From positions 1-52,555 of the forward strand of contig CAVWIG010000008.1 in assembly GCA_963754945.1 (NCBI GenBank): DNA of 52,555 nucleotides, in the 5' to 3' direction. The notes under the pieces are model-generated. The model worked only from the letters and a program-made list of their open reading frames with translations, was not told the origin of the DNA and made no database searches. Below, in pieces: positions 10,092-18,871 of this stretch (positions are counted from its first letter, which is position 1; each line of letters opens with the position of its first letter). Made by a program: the position numbers and the translations under genes. This DNA comes from Methanotrichaceae archaeon (GTDB taxonomy: Archaea > Halobacteriota > Methanosarcinia > Methanotrichales > Methanotrichaceae).

Positions 10092-10257
10092 TATCGTATA
10101 CGATAGCGATAAGTCGTTTTTACATCGGATGTAAAATGTGAAATCTTCGGAAGGGTAAGACAGGAAGGCGCTATATCTTGAAGATTCTTGAAGATCCTTG
10201 GAAAGACATTCTAAAATAAGACTGATGTAAAATCTAAGTCAAATCCGGCTTAGATTT
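10092..10257. repeat. Palindrome cluster downstream of the wHTH gene (candidate origin/operator array)
   Basis: TATCGTATACGATA 10092-10105; TTTTACATC-G-GATGTAAAA 10118-10136; AAATCTAAG/CTTAGATTT 10230-10257; GATGTAAAAT twice. Confidence 0.6.
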
Positions 10258-10316
10258 GGGTTCCGATTCAAAAATTACGATCTATTAGGTCTTCACCTCC
10301 TATGAGTTTTCAGATT

Positions 10317-10739
10317 TCATTTGAAAACGATGGGCTCCATAATCCTAACCCGGAGGCTCAGGACCTTCTCTCCTCGTTTCGATCCAGGGCGGCGAGTAAC
10401 TTCGAAGCTACGCTTATCAAGGCGGCTCACCAGATAGGTGAACTCCGAGGGGCTTAGGTCTAGGTCTTCCTGGAGCTTTTGGAAGGTCTGAGAGCCTCCA
10501 CGGGCCTTCAGGATCTCCTTTAACTTGGCAATTCTTGCGGAGGTCTTGGCTCCTGTTGAGCCCTTCGATCCGTTGTGCTCAAGTTTAATGATCCTGCCTT
10601 CCAGCTCGGAACAGATCTCGAAAAGTCCATCGACTCTCGATGGCAAAGCTTCGCCTTGCAGCTTTTTCACATTCCGCCTGAGGTCCTGCAGATCAACTAG
10701 GATAGTGGAGAGCTCGGGCTGGTCTGCTTGCGATGCCAT
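10317..10739 (-). CDS. Coiled-coil plus winged-HTH protein
   Basis: TFQKLQEDLDLSPSEFTYLVSRL; N-terminus homologous to 43133-43534. Confidence 0.7.
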   Translation of the reverse strand: MASQADQPELSTILVDLQDLRRNVKKLQGEALPSRVDGLFEICSELEGRIIKLEHNGSKGSTGAKTSARIAKLKEILKARGGSQTFQKLQEDLDLSPSEFTYLVSRLDKRSFEVTRRPGSKRGEKVLSLRVRIMEPIVFK

Positions 10740-10753
10740 GGGCAGCCCCTAAG

Positions 10754-11689
10754 CTAAACCCCTAGCTGCGGCACGTGCGCCAGATAGCTTTCCCTCAGTC
10801 CCTCTCGCGTGACGTGATTGTAGCCATCCATAGCGTCCCTGACTACATCGCCTCTGATCAGTTTGATATGATCCCGACGCATGTCGGCATTTATTGCCTC
10901 AGTAGTCCAGCAATGTCTGCAGCAGTGAGGTGTGAAGTGATCCTCAAGATGTGGAGAGCTTGAGTCATGGACGCCAATGGCCTCAGCATATTGTTTAAAC
11001 TTCTTCCGAATGGCCTCAGGCGATAATCTGCTCCCGCGCCTGCTGAGAAATAAGGCCTTAATGTTCTTTTTATTCTTCGCGTTTCTCGTCGGAAGGTAGC
11101 CCTTCACGGCTCGGATAGTCTCATCGTCGAGTGGAATCTCTCGGTTGCTGCGTTTCGCTTTGTGCTTCAGAGTCATCCAGCCGTTCACCAGGTCTACATT
11201 ATCGAGATCCAGGCTGACCAGCTCGCCCAGGCGGATCCCTGTCTTGAAGAGTAGGACTGCAATAGCCTGGTCCCTAGGGTCCAAGATCCTGCTTATCAAA
11301 AGCCGGACCTGGTCAAGAGGGATTACCTTTCGGGTCTCGCTGTCGCTTCCTTCCTTGTATTCCTTCAGATAGAGCCTCTTGAACTTAGGGATCAGATTCT
11401 TTTCTACCAGGCCGCGGTCCTCGAGGTAGACGTACAGCAAGCCAAGGACTGTGAAGGCTCGCTTTATCGTTGCTCTTTTTACTTTCCTTTCTTCTTTGAG
11501 ATACCGGAGGTATCCTTCCAAGTCGTCCTGAGTGCAGCCCTCAAGGGAACTGCCCCTGGACTCTAGGAACTCAGAGAACTGTTTAGAATAGCAGACGTAA
11601 TCCCGGGCAGAAGCCATCCCACGCAGGTGGCAATAAGAGATAAACTTGTCCAGGGCGCTTTCTGCCTTCCTGTGAGTTATGTCGCGCAT
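10754..11689 (-). CDS. Tyrosine recombinase/integrase (XerC/D-like)
   Basis: TGIRLGEL (R), K, HCCRH (HxxR), RGD, terminal Y (DGYNH). Confidence 0.92.
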   Translation of the reverse strand: MRDITHRKAESALDKFISYCHLRGMASARDYVCYSKQFSEFLESRGSSLEGCTQDDLEGYLRYLKEERKVKRATIKRAFTVLGLLYVYLEDRGLVEKNLIPKFKRLYLKEYKEGSDSETRKVIPLDQVRLLISRILDPRDQAIAVLLFKTGIRLGELVSLDLDNVDLVNGWMTLKHKAKRSNREIPLDDETIRAVKGYLPTRNAKNKKNIKALFLSRRGSRLSPEAIRKKFKQYAEAIGVHDSSSPHLEDHFTPHCCRHCWTTEAINADMRRDHIKLIRGDVVRDAMDGYNHVTREGLRESYLAHVPQLGV

Positions 11690-12096
11690 GAAGCCTCGTT
11701 TTCCCTGTTGAAAAGACGGGATTGCTTAACGTTACCCCAATACTCTGAAAAGGCCAGGCCGTCATCATAAAGGCGGGTTACCAGGTCAAGATTCTCTAGG
11801 CCGCCTGCATTGTAATCGAGCCTGTCCAAGCCTTGATTATTGAGTTTGTAATACTCCTTAACCGTCGCGTCAAAGCATATCCTATCGCCTCTGTGTGGGT
11901 TGAATTCAGCGACATCAGGCGAAACTTCAGTCCAAATATGCTGGGACACTACTATCACGGTTCCAGTATGCAACGCCACATCAAAGAGGAGCATACAGGC
12001 CTTTATTCCTTCTGGAGTATATCGCAAGCCGAATTTGCCAACGGTCGCAGAGAAGCGATATTTTCCTCCTAAAAAAAGCTGAAGCTGTCGTCTCAT
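11677..12096 (-). CDS. Hypothetical protein (OB-fold-like), paralog of 42607-43029
   Basis: Near-identical N-terminus MRRQLQLFLGGKY. Confidence 0.75.
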   Translation of the reverse strand: MRRQLQLFLGGKYRFSATVGKFGLRYTPEGIKACMLLFDVALHTGTVIVVSQHIWTEVSPDVAEFNPHRGDRICFDATVKEYYKLNNQGLDRLDYNAGGLENLDLVTRLYDDGLAFSEYWGNVKQSRLFNRENEASCAT

Positions 12097-12097
12097 T

Positions 12098-12886
12098 CTA
12101 GCTCGCCTCCAGCTCTCTCAGATAGAATTCATCATAGAATCTCGCCAGGCCGATGCGCTTGTTCATCAGCGGTTCAAGCCTGGCCAGCATCTCTTCCGGC
12201 AGTACGACCTGCTGATCGCCTATGGTGGCGATTATGCACTCGTCATCCTGCTGGATAGCTGAGAGGAGACCAAATGCACGGTCGCAATGGAGGGGCTTGT
12301 GGGGCCGTTCGCTGTCGGAAAAAGGATTCAAGTTCTCCTGCCCGATCTCGCTCTGGCGGCACTCAATTACGAATTTCTCCTGCATGATTCCAATAAGTGA
12401 ATCGGCCCGCTCGATCCTGGTCTGAAGCTCTTTAAATTCACAATCTAAGGTCACATTACACTTGAGCATATCAGCTAGACCATCGCAAATGGCCTCGAAG
12501 CCAAAACACCGTACGGCTCCAAAGCAATCGATCTCCTGTTCGTCATTGAACTCGAAGCAAGGACAGCCTTGTCCCCAATGCTCGACCACGTGGGATCGTG
12601 TAAGCCAGCCTTCTTCGTATAGGGTTAGCCTGTTACTGAACCTGAAACCGCTGTCGTCACTCGTGATTGCCCTCTCGGAGTGGTCGATTATGTCTATCTT
12701 GTTGCGGTAATAGGGTGCTTGGCCTTCAGTATCCATGTAGCGCATGACCGACCACACCCTGGCCAGGATCTTCTCAAGCGCTTCAGCTTCTTTCTGCATG
12801 ACTTCGGTTTTGGCATCGCTGACTTTTTTGGTCAGAGGTATGTAGTTATCAAGCAGAGCGTTCAGCTCGGCCAAAGAGGGTGCCAT
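12098..12886 (-). CDS. Hypothetical protein; fusion of the homologs of 41799-42353 and 42350-42610
   Basis: GGAGGT RBS before MAPSLAELN; high identity to the element B copy. Confidence 0.75.
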   Translation of the reverse strand: MAPSLAELNALLDNYIPLTKKVSDAKTEVMQKEAEALEKILARVWSVMRYMDTEGQAPYYRNKIDIIDHSERAITSDDSGFRFSNRLTLYEEGWLTRSHVVEHWGQGCPCFEFNDEQEIDCFGAVRCFGFEAICDGLADMLKCNVTLDCEFKELQTRIERADSLIGIMQEKFVIECRQSEIGQENLNPFSDSERPHKPLHCDRAFGLLSAIQQDDECIIATIGDQQVVLPEEMLARLEPLMNKRIGLARFYDEFYLRELEAS

Positions 12887-12888
12887 GA

Positions 12889-13173
12889 TTATACCTCCAC
12901 CTCTTCCTTTGCTTCCTGGCCGGCGAAAGTCCATCCGGCCTCAATTAGCTCAAGAAGCTTATCCTGGCCGCTGCCTTTGTAGGTTGCTCGGATGGAATTG
13001 CCGGTCACAGCTTGTATGGTTGCATTGTCTTTGACCAGGGCCCTGATAGCTTCAATGTGCTGTTTTGGATCTTTGACAACCATGAAGATCTCGATAATAG
13101 CGGGCTGAGTCGAAGTTGAACCAGCATCGCAGTGTTCTTCATCCCTGCAGAAGTACTCAATCTTCTTGATCAT
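12889..13173 (-). CDS. Hypothetical protein, present in element A only
   Basis: GGAGG RBS; tightly packed in the operon. Confidence 0.6.
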   Translation of the reverse strand: MIKKIEYFCRDEEHCDAGSTSTQPAIIEIFMVVKDPKQHIEAIRALVKDNATIQAVTGNSIRATYKGSGQDKLLELIEAGWTFAGQEAKEEVEV

Positions 13174-13176
13174 GGA

Positions 13177-13302
13177 TTAAGCCTCCTTCTCGTTAAGTTC
13201 GTGATACAGCCTGTCAACCAGCCAGCCTATGCGCTCAATATGCTCAAGGTCCTTCATGATGTCGTCGAGCTTTGAATTCAGCCCAGCTAGAGAGGAAGGC
13301 AT
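13177..13302 (-). CDS. 41 aa helical protein (not in ORF track), paralog of 41670-41795
   Basis: MPSSLAGLNSKLDDIMKDLEHIERIGWLVDRLYHELNEKEA, conserved in both elements. Confidence 0.7.
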   Translation of the reverse strand: MPSSLAGLNSKLDDIMKDLEHIERIGWLVDRLYHELNEKEA

Positions 13303-13518
13303 TTAAGCCGCCTCCTCTGGTAAGCACGGTTTGAATCCGCCTCTGGTCATGATCGCATCTATCGGCTCAGTATTTCCGATCCTGGCGGCATTTCGTTGCA
13401 GGCGTGCTTTGGCCTGATGCTCTCTGGCCTGGCGTTTCGCCTCTTCACACTTCAGCTTTGCAGCTTCAACGCGTTGCCTCATTGGGCTTCCGCTCTCGAA
13501 AATGATTTTATTCGTCAT
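13303..13518 (-). CDS. First gene of early operon; shares the C-terminus RGGFKPCLPEEAA with the element B SWIM gene
   Basis: ORF plus C-terminal identity. Confidence 0.65.
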   Translation of the reverse strand: MTNKIIFESGSPMRQRVEAAKLKCEEAKRQAREHQAKARLQRNAARIGNTEPIDAIMTRGGFKPCLPEEAA

Positions 13519-13530
13519 CGATTCTCGCCA

Positions 13531-13600
13531 TAGCACTACTTAGCACTACCACTATTTAAGCCTACTGGAGAATACCAAGTAGTAAGATATTTAAACGAAA
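13531..13600. promoter_or_regulatory. Divergent promoter/operator region of element A
   Basis: TAGCACTAC twice (13531, 13541), CTACT/AGTAG boxes, two TTTAA TATA-like boxes between divergent genes. Confidence 0.5.
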
Positions 13601-13619
13601 AAAGCTAAATCATAGAATC

Positions 13620-13796
13620 ATGCCGGTAAAAAAAATCAACATCAGTATAAGCCCGGAGACCTACGAAGCGGCGCTAAAACTAGTAGAATCCGGTGACTAC
13701 AGAAATGTGAGCCATTTCTTTGAGCAAGCAGGCAAAAAATTAGCACGTGAAAAGCTTGCAGAGAAAAGCGAAAACCCTTGTGAGGCTTCCGCTTAA
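13620..13796 (+). CDS. Ribbon-helix-helix (CopG/Arc/MetJ) regulator (58 aa, not in ORF track)
   Basis: MPVKKINISISPETYEAALKLVESGDYRNVSHFFEQA: alternating strand, helix, GxYxNxS turn, helix. Confidence 0.75.
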   Translation: MPVKKINISISPETYEAALKLVESGDYRNVSHFFEQAGKKLAREKLAEKSENPCEASA

Positions 13797-13883
13797 TCCC
13801 TGAGTCATTCACGTTTGACGAGAACCGAATGACCATAATATAATTTCAGCTCTAAAAACACTATCGTTTACTTAGTATTTATA

Positions 13884-13955
13884 TGCGCTGATCGGGATTC
13901 GAACCCGAGTTTAGGCGTTGGCAACGCCTAGTGATAACCGCTACACTATCAGCGC
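13884..13955 (-). tRNA. tRNA-Gly(GCC)
   Basis: GCGCTGA acceptor stem, TAGGCG-TTGCCAA-CGCCTA anticodon arm, GGTTCGAATCC T-arm; CCA not encoded. Confidence 0.96.
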
Positions 13956-14130
13956 GTTAGCCCCTTAGGGCACCACCCCCCATTTACCTTCTAAGGTAAA
14001 AACATTGCGGGAGGATGCTAGTATCCAGAACTGATTGCATCAGAAAGACGAATTCGGCTGGGTGGGCAGGGGAACCTGTTTGCACACCTTTTATCTACCA
14101 TGAGTCGGGCTTAACTATTGGTGAGTTCGG

Positions 14131-15030
14131 TTGCATGACGTTATAGTCGTGGGAGCAGGTCCAGCAGGACTAACATCGGGCATGTACTGCGCCAGAGGCG
14201 GAAAGAAGACGCTAGTCCTGGGAAATATCTACGGGTCTCAGCAATCTATGGGAGGCGTCTACGAGAACTACCCGGGCTTCCCAGACGGCGTAATGGGCAT
14301 GGAACTATCTGAGGCGATGCTTGCCCAGGCCCAGAAGTTCGGGATCGAGTACCAAACGGAGATGGTGCAGAAAATAGTTCATCTTGGTGATGTTTTCCGG
14401 GTTAAAACGGAGAACTGGCAGTACGAGGGCAAGGCCATTATACTCACCATGGGTGCGAGCCATCGCAAGCTGGAAGTGCCCGGTGAGAAGGAGTTCGCTG
14501 GCAGAGGTATCTCTTACTGCGTCCATTGCGACGGGACACTCTTCAAGAACAGAACGGTGGCTGTGGTTGGCTACGGCAACGGTGCGGCCAGGGGAGTTCT
14601 ATATCTGACGAACATCTGCGAAAAGGTCCACCTCCTGACAGCAAAGGGGTCTCTGATGGCTGAGGCGGTTTATCTTGAGCGGATCGGAAAATTGACCAAC
14701 TTCACCGCCACCTACGGCGCAGAAGTCATCCGGATAGTTGGAAATGACGTCGTTTCCGGCGTGGAGTTCACCGTGGGGGAGACTCCCAGGTCTTTGAAGG
14801 TAGATGGTGTCTTCGTGGAGATGGGCATGGAGCCCAACACCGAACTGGCGGAGGGATTGAGCCTTGAAATGACTAAAGGGGGTTACATAAAGGTGAACCG
14901 GCTCAACCAGGAGACCAGCATGTCCGGCGTCTTTGCCGCAGGAGATATCACCGGCGGCAGGATGCAGGTTGCAACAGCCGTGGGTTCCGGTGCCTCGGCT
15001 GCCATAAGCGCCATGCAGTACCTAGGATAG
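14131..15030 (+). CDS. trxB: Thioredoxin reductase-like flavoprotein
   Basis: GAGPAG, ENYPG, CVHCD, FAAGD. Confidence 0.85.
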   Translation: MHDVIVVGAGPAGLTSGMYCARGGKKTLVLGNIYGSQQSMGGVYENYPGFPDGVMGMELSEAMLAQAQKFGIEYQTEMVQKIVHLGDVFRVKTENWQYEGKAIILTMGASHRKLEVPGEKEFAGRGISYCVHCDGTLFKNRTVAVVGYGNGAARGVLYLTNICEKVHLLTAKGSLMAEAVYLERIGKLTNFTATYGAEVIRIVGNDVVSGVEFTVGETPRSLKVDGVFVEMGMEPNTELAEGLSLEMTKGGYIKVNRLNQETSMSGVFAAGDITGGRMQVATAVGSGASAAISAMQYLG

Positions 15031-15033
15031 ATC

Positions 15034-15993
15034 ATGGCCTCTACCAAAAAGCGCCTCGATCCTACAAGGCCAGTGGCTGTTTGGTCCTCTCAGGATCTTC
15101 TGAACGGACGACCTGTAAAGTCCTTGACAATTATCCTGAGGACAGTGGGCTGTAGATGGAACAGATGCACCATGTGCGGCTACGCCAGCGAGGGAGCACC
15201 TGCCACGGCCGATGATCTGATGGTTCAGTTCCTCGCGGCCATGAAGAAGCTCTCAGGTGAGGACCGGGTTGTCAAGATCTACACAAGCGGGAGCTTTCTT
15301 GACCCTCTGGAGATGCCCGAAGAGGCCAGGGCAAAGATCCTGGTGGATCTCCAGAGCCGGGGCATAGAGAAGCTTGTCGTGGAGTCCCGGCCAGAGTACA
15401 TTACTCCCGTTCGCGTGGAGGAGTGTCTGTCCATGATAGACACCGAGTTTGCCATTGGTCTAGAAACAGCAAACGATCTCATCAGGCAGAAGATAATACG
15501 GAAAGGGTTCAATTTCCAGGACTTCATCGATGCAGCAAAAACTGTACACGATCAGGGTGGAAAGGTCAAAGCCTACCTTCTGCTTAAGCCTCCATTTCTC
15601 TCCGAGGGTGAGGCAATCAGGGATGCCATCTCCTCGGCAATGACGGCTAGCCGGTACGCGGATATGCTGTCCCTCAACCTCTGCAACATCCAGCGAGGTA
15701 CCCTGGTAGAGCGTCTCTGGGAGCGCGGTGAGTACAGGCCGCCTTGGCTGTGGTCTGCAGTAGAGGTGCTGAAGAATGTCTCTTATCCTGTCATCTGTGA
15801 TCCAGTCGGCGCAGGCACAAGGCGTGGGCCTCACAACTGCGGCGAGTGTGATGCCGCCATCGCGAAGGCTATCAGGAGCCATGACCTGACCCAGGATCCA
15901 GGGATCTTCGAGGACCTGGAATGCAGATGCAAGGCCACTTGGCAGAAGATAGTGGAGCTGGAGGAGCAAACCTTCGGGACGCCGCTAGTATGA
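15034..15993 (+). CDS. Archaeosine biosynthesis radical SAM protein RaSEA
   Basis: CRWNRCTMC, YTSGSFLD, ESRPEY, YRPPWLWS, RGPHNC. Confidence 0.9.
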   Translation: MASTKKRLDPTRPVAVWSSQDLLNGRPVKSLTIILRTVGCRWNRCTMCGYASEGAPATADDLMVQFLAAMKKLSGEDRVVKIYTSGSFLDPLEMPEEARAKILVDLQSRGIEKLVVESRPEYITPVRVEECLSMIDTEFAIGLETANDLIRQKIIRKGFNFQDFIDAAKTVHDQGGKVKAYLLLKPPFLSEGEAIRDAISSAMTASRYADMLSLNLCNIQRGTLVERLWERGEYRPPWLWSAVEVLKNVSYPVICDPVGAGTRRGPHNCGECDAAIAKAIRSHDLTQDPGIFEDLECRCKATWQKIVELEEQTFGTPLV

Positions 15994-16261
15994 AGATGGT
16001 GCACGCATGAACTGGATCAGCTAGGATTCCGAGATCCTTCTCCTATTGCCATAATATCACTTACTCTCTGAATTCTCATGCAATTTCGGGTGATTCAATT
16101 CTAAATTTGTCTATTCATTTTTTTGGAAAAGTGAAATGCCAGGAAAGACAGATCATCAACGCTACCATCTATTATGATTATTATAAAGTCTCTTTAAGTC
16201 TTACATTTTTGTAGATAAGTTGAAATATTTTGAAGTATAAATGCTTAAGTAGTGACCTTCG

Positions 16262-17197
16262 ATGTTTAAAAAAATTTTAGTACCGACCGACTTCTCGGCA
16301 TATGCCCGCAAGGTCCTGGAGTGCATAGGCGATATTCCAGGTCTAACTGAGGTAGTGCTTCTGAACGTTGTTGCCAGGGACCCCTTGGCCAGGGTTTGGG
16401 ATCCGGTGGCTGAAGCCAGGGAAGCGGAGAAGAAGCTCGCCGGAGAGAAGAAGTACTTCAAAGCGCCTGGGGTTAACGTAAAAGTGAGGGCAGTCTCCGC
16501 CCTGGAAGGGGACATACCAGAGGCGATTAACCAGATAGCGAAAGAAGAGGATGCTCAGATGGTTGTCATGGGAGCCCGCGGAAGGAGCCTCATAAGCAGC
16601 GCCCTTCTGGGAAGTTCTTCCAGAAATGTCCTGCGCTTTGGTGACAGGCACCTCCTGATCATGCGCTACAGGATGCCTGGAGAGTCCGACCTTGGGCCTG
16701 TAGGACCCAAAGCTACCTGGGTCAAGATTGCTGAGCCTCCAAAGGCAGAGACTATGGAGAAGTACTGCGCCAGGGTCTTCTCTAAGGTGCTGGTTCCAAC
16801 GGACTTCTCTCAACCTGCGGAAGCGGCCATATCATTCGTCAAGGACATCGGGAACATAGGTGAAATCGTGTTGTTGCACGTGGTCTCCAAGGGTGAGTCG
16901 AAAGAGGAGATAGACGCGGCTATCAAAGAGTCCACAGAAAAGCTCAATGGGATCGCCATGGAGCTTGGCAAGGGCGGCCTGAAGGTAACCCCAAAGGTTG
17001 TTGTGGGAAGCCCGATCGAGCTTATACGGTCAATAGCCGAAGAGGAGGATGTTTCGCTAATAGCGATGAGTTCCGTAGGCAAGGACACCCTGAGGACAGG
17101 CAGGATTGGAAGCAGAACCTACGACGTGGCGAATAGTGCAAAGAGGCCTATCCTTGTAGTCAGGCTAAAGCCGGTCTTTGAAGCTAAATCAGCTTGA
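16262..17197 (+). CDS. Tandem-domain universal stress protein
   Basis: Two KxLVPTDFS domains, GARG, LGS. Confidence 0.92.
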   Translation: MFKKILVPTDFSAYARKVLECIGDIPGLTEVVLLNVVARDPLARVWDPVAEAREAEKKLAGEKKYFKAPGVNVKVRAVSALEGDIPEAINQIAKEEDAQMVVMGARGRSLISSALLGSSSRNVLRFGDRHLLIMRYRMPGESDLGPVGPKATWVKIAEPPKAETMEKYCARVFSKVLVPTDFSQPAEAAISFVKDIGNIGEIVLLHVVSKGESKEEIDAAIKESTEKLNGIAMELGKGGLKVTPKVVVGSPIELIRSIAEEEDVSLIAMSSVGKDTLRTGRIGSRTYDVANSAKRPILVVRLKPVFEAKSA

Positions 17198-17525
17198 ATT
17201 AGTCTATTTTATTTTTTATTTTAGCATTCAGGCCGTTAAGAATCGATCGCTTTCCTCAATGGAATCGATTTAACCTATTTTTAGCGATTCGGATTTTCTG
17301 TGCCCTATTTTTCATAAGAAAGGCAGGAGGACTACGACGCACATGGAATAATCGGTGGATCAATCCCTTTATCGTATCTAGATGCCTCTCGGCACGATTC
17401 CGTTTAAATAAGGTATTTATCATGATCTGAAACGAAAACCAAAAACGTTTAATATAGAAAGTACATCACCATATCAAACTCTCCCTTAGGAGAGCGGATG
17501 TAGGATAGAGAAAAGAGGTGGTCTT

Positions 17526-18614
17526 ATGGTAGAGCTTGCGGGACAAGTAGTAACCGCAGTAGATATCGGTTTGTTTGCTATATTCTTGATAGTATTGGCT
17601 GCACCTTTCAAGGTGAAGCTAGCTGAGAAGAACCTTGAGGCATTTCTGTTCCTTATGGGTGTTGTAGCCGTCACTGTAACCAGTCACTGGCGCATGGACC
17701 TAATCACAATGGCCGGGGAAGAGCCAATTCTGAAAGGCATAGTTCCAGCGGTACTGATTGCAGGCATCATATTCTTCTACGGAAAGAGCGCCTTCAAGAG
17801 CGTCATGAACGGCCTGATAAAATCAATTCCCATGCCCGTTCTTGTCTTCTTGATTGTATTCATCTGTGGAATGATCTCCAGCGTCGTTACCGCCATCATC
17901 ACATCATTGTTCCTGGTGGAGATCGTCAACCTGTTGCCCATGGAGCGCATGAACAAGATCAACCTGGTCATACTTGCCTGTTTCTCGATCGGCCTGGGAG
18001 CAGTTCTCACACCCTTGGGTGAGCCTCTGTCAACCATCGCCATTACCAAGTTGGCCGGTGAGCCGTACCATGCAACATTCTGGTACCTCGCAGACCAGTT
18101 AGGCGTACTGGTCGTTCTTGGTTGTGCCATATGCGCGGCCTTCGCTGCATTCTATGTCGGCAAAGCCGGCAAAGCAGAGGTCAAGGAAATCACTGAAGAG
18201 GGAGGCCTCCGAGAGGTCATCGTCAGAGCAGTTAAGGTCTACGTATTCGTGGCCGCTCTGTTCCTCCTTGGCGACGGAATGAACGTTCTAATCGACAAAT
18301 ACTTCACCCATGTCCCATCAATGGTTCTTTACTGGGTGAACATAGTCTCGGCCATCCTGGATAACGCCACGCTGACGGCAGCTGAGTTATCTCCAGCCAT
18401 GAGCCAGGCACAGATCAACGCTGCCCTGATGGGTCTGCTCATCTTCGGTGGCTGTTTGATCCCCGGAAATATCCCCAACATCATATCCGCAGGCAAGCTG
18501 GGCATCACCAGCGGCGAATATGCCAAGCTGGGAGTTCCCTTTGGACTTGTGCTAGGCGCGTTCTTCTTCGTGCTGATCTACTTCCTGCACTTCAGCCCGA
18601 CTCTGGGACTTTAA
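17526..18614 (+). CDS. DUF1646-family multi-pass membrane transporter, copy 1
   Basis: EKNLEAFLF, LTPLGEPLST, DNATLTAAE, GNIPNII. Confidence 0.85.
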   Translation: MVELAGQVVTAVDIGLFAIFLIVLAAPFKVKLAEKNLEAFLFLMGVVAVTVTSHWRMDLITMAGEEPILKGIVPAVLIAGIIFFYGKSAFKSVMNGLIKSIPMPVLVFLIVFICGMISSVVTAIITSLFLVEIVNLLPMERMNKINLVILACFSIGLGAVLTPLGEPLSTIAITKLAGEPYHATFWYLADQLGVLVVLGCAICAAFAAFYVGKAGKAEVKEITEEGGLREVIVRAVKVYVFVAALFLLGDGMNVLIDKYFTHVPSMVLYWVNIVSAILDNATLTAAELSPAMSQAQINAALMGLLIFGGCLIPGNIPNIISAGKLGITSGEYAKLGVPFGLVLGAFFFVLIYFLHFSPTLGL

Positions 18615-18655
18615 GCGGTGCGAAAGCATCGCTTTATTTCTCTCTTTTTTTTTGG
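18615..18655 (+). terminator. Hairpin plus T-tract terminator
   Basis: GCGGTGC-GAAA-GCATCGC followed by T runs; repeated after copy 2 at 19961. Confidence 0.6.
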
Positions 18656-18871
18656 AAGTTTAAGCGCTGTCTCTGATCCTTCTTTGACCTCCGTATCGCA
18701 TGAGGTTACTACTGATTCCAATTTAAAAATTGGTTTCTAGCAGCAATTTGATGATAGATTTTCACAGGTGGTCTATTACTCTCCTAATTTGAATTAATAC
18801 TTTTTAACCTTTTCGGTAGTTATGCCAAAAAGGTAAAATAGTCGAATGTAGGATGGGAAAGAGGTGATCTT

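Larger units (their letters stand above)
263..13883. mobile_element. Integrated element A (satellite/provirus-like) at the 3' side of tRNA-Gly; far end lies outside the window
   Basis: Tyrosine integrase, terminase genes, tape-measure-like fragment, RHH switch and cargo; abuts the tRNA 3' end; homologous to element B. Confidence 0.8.
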
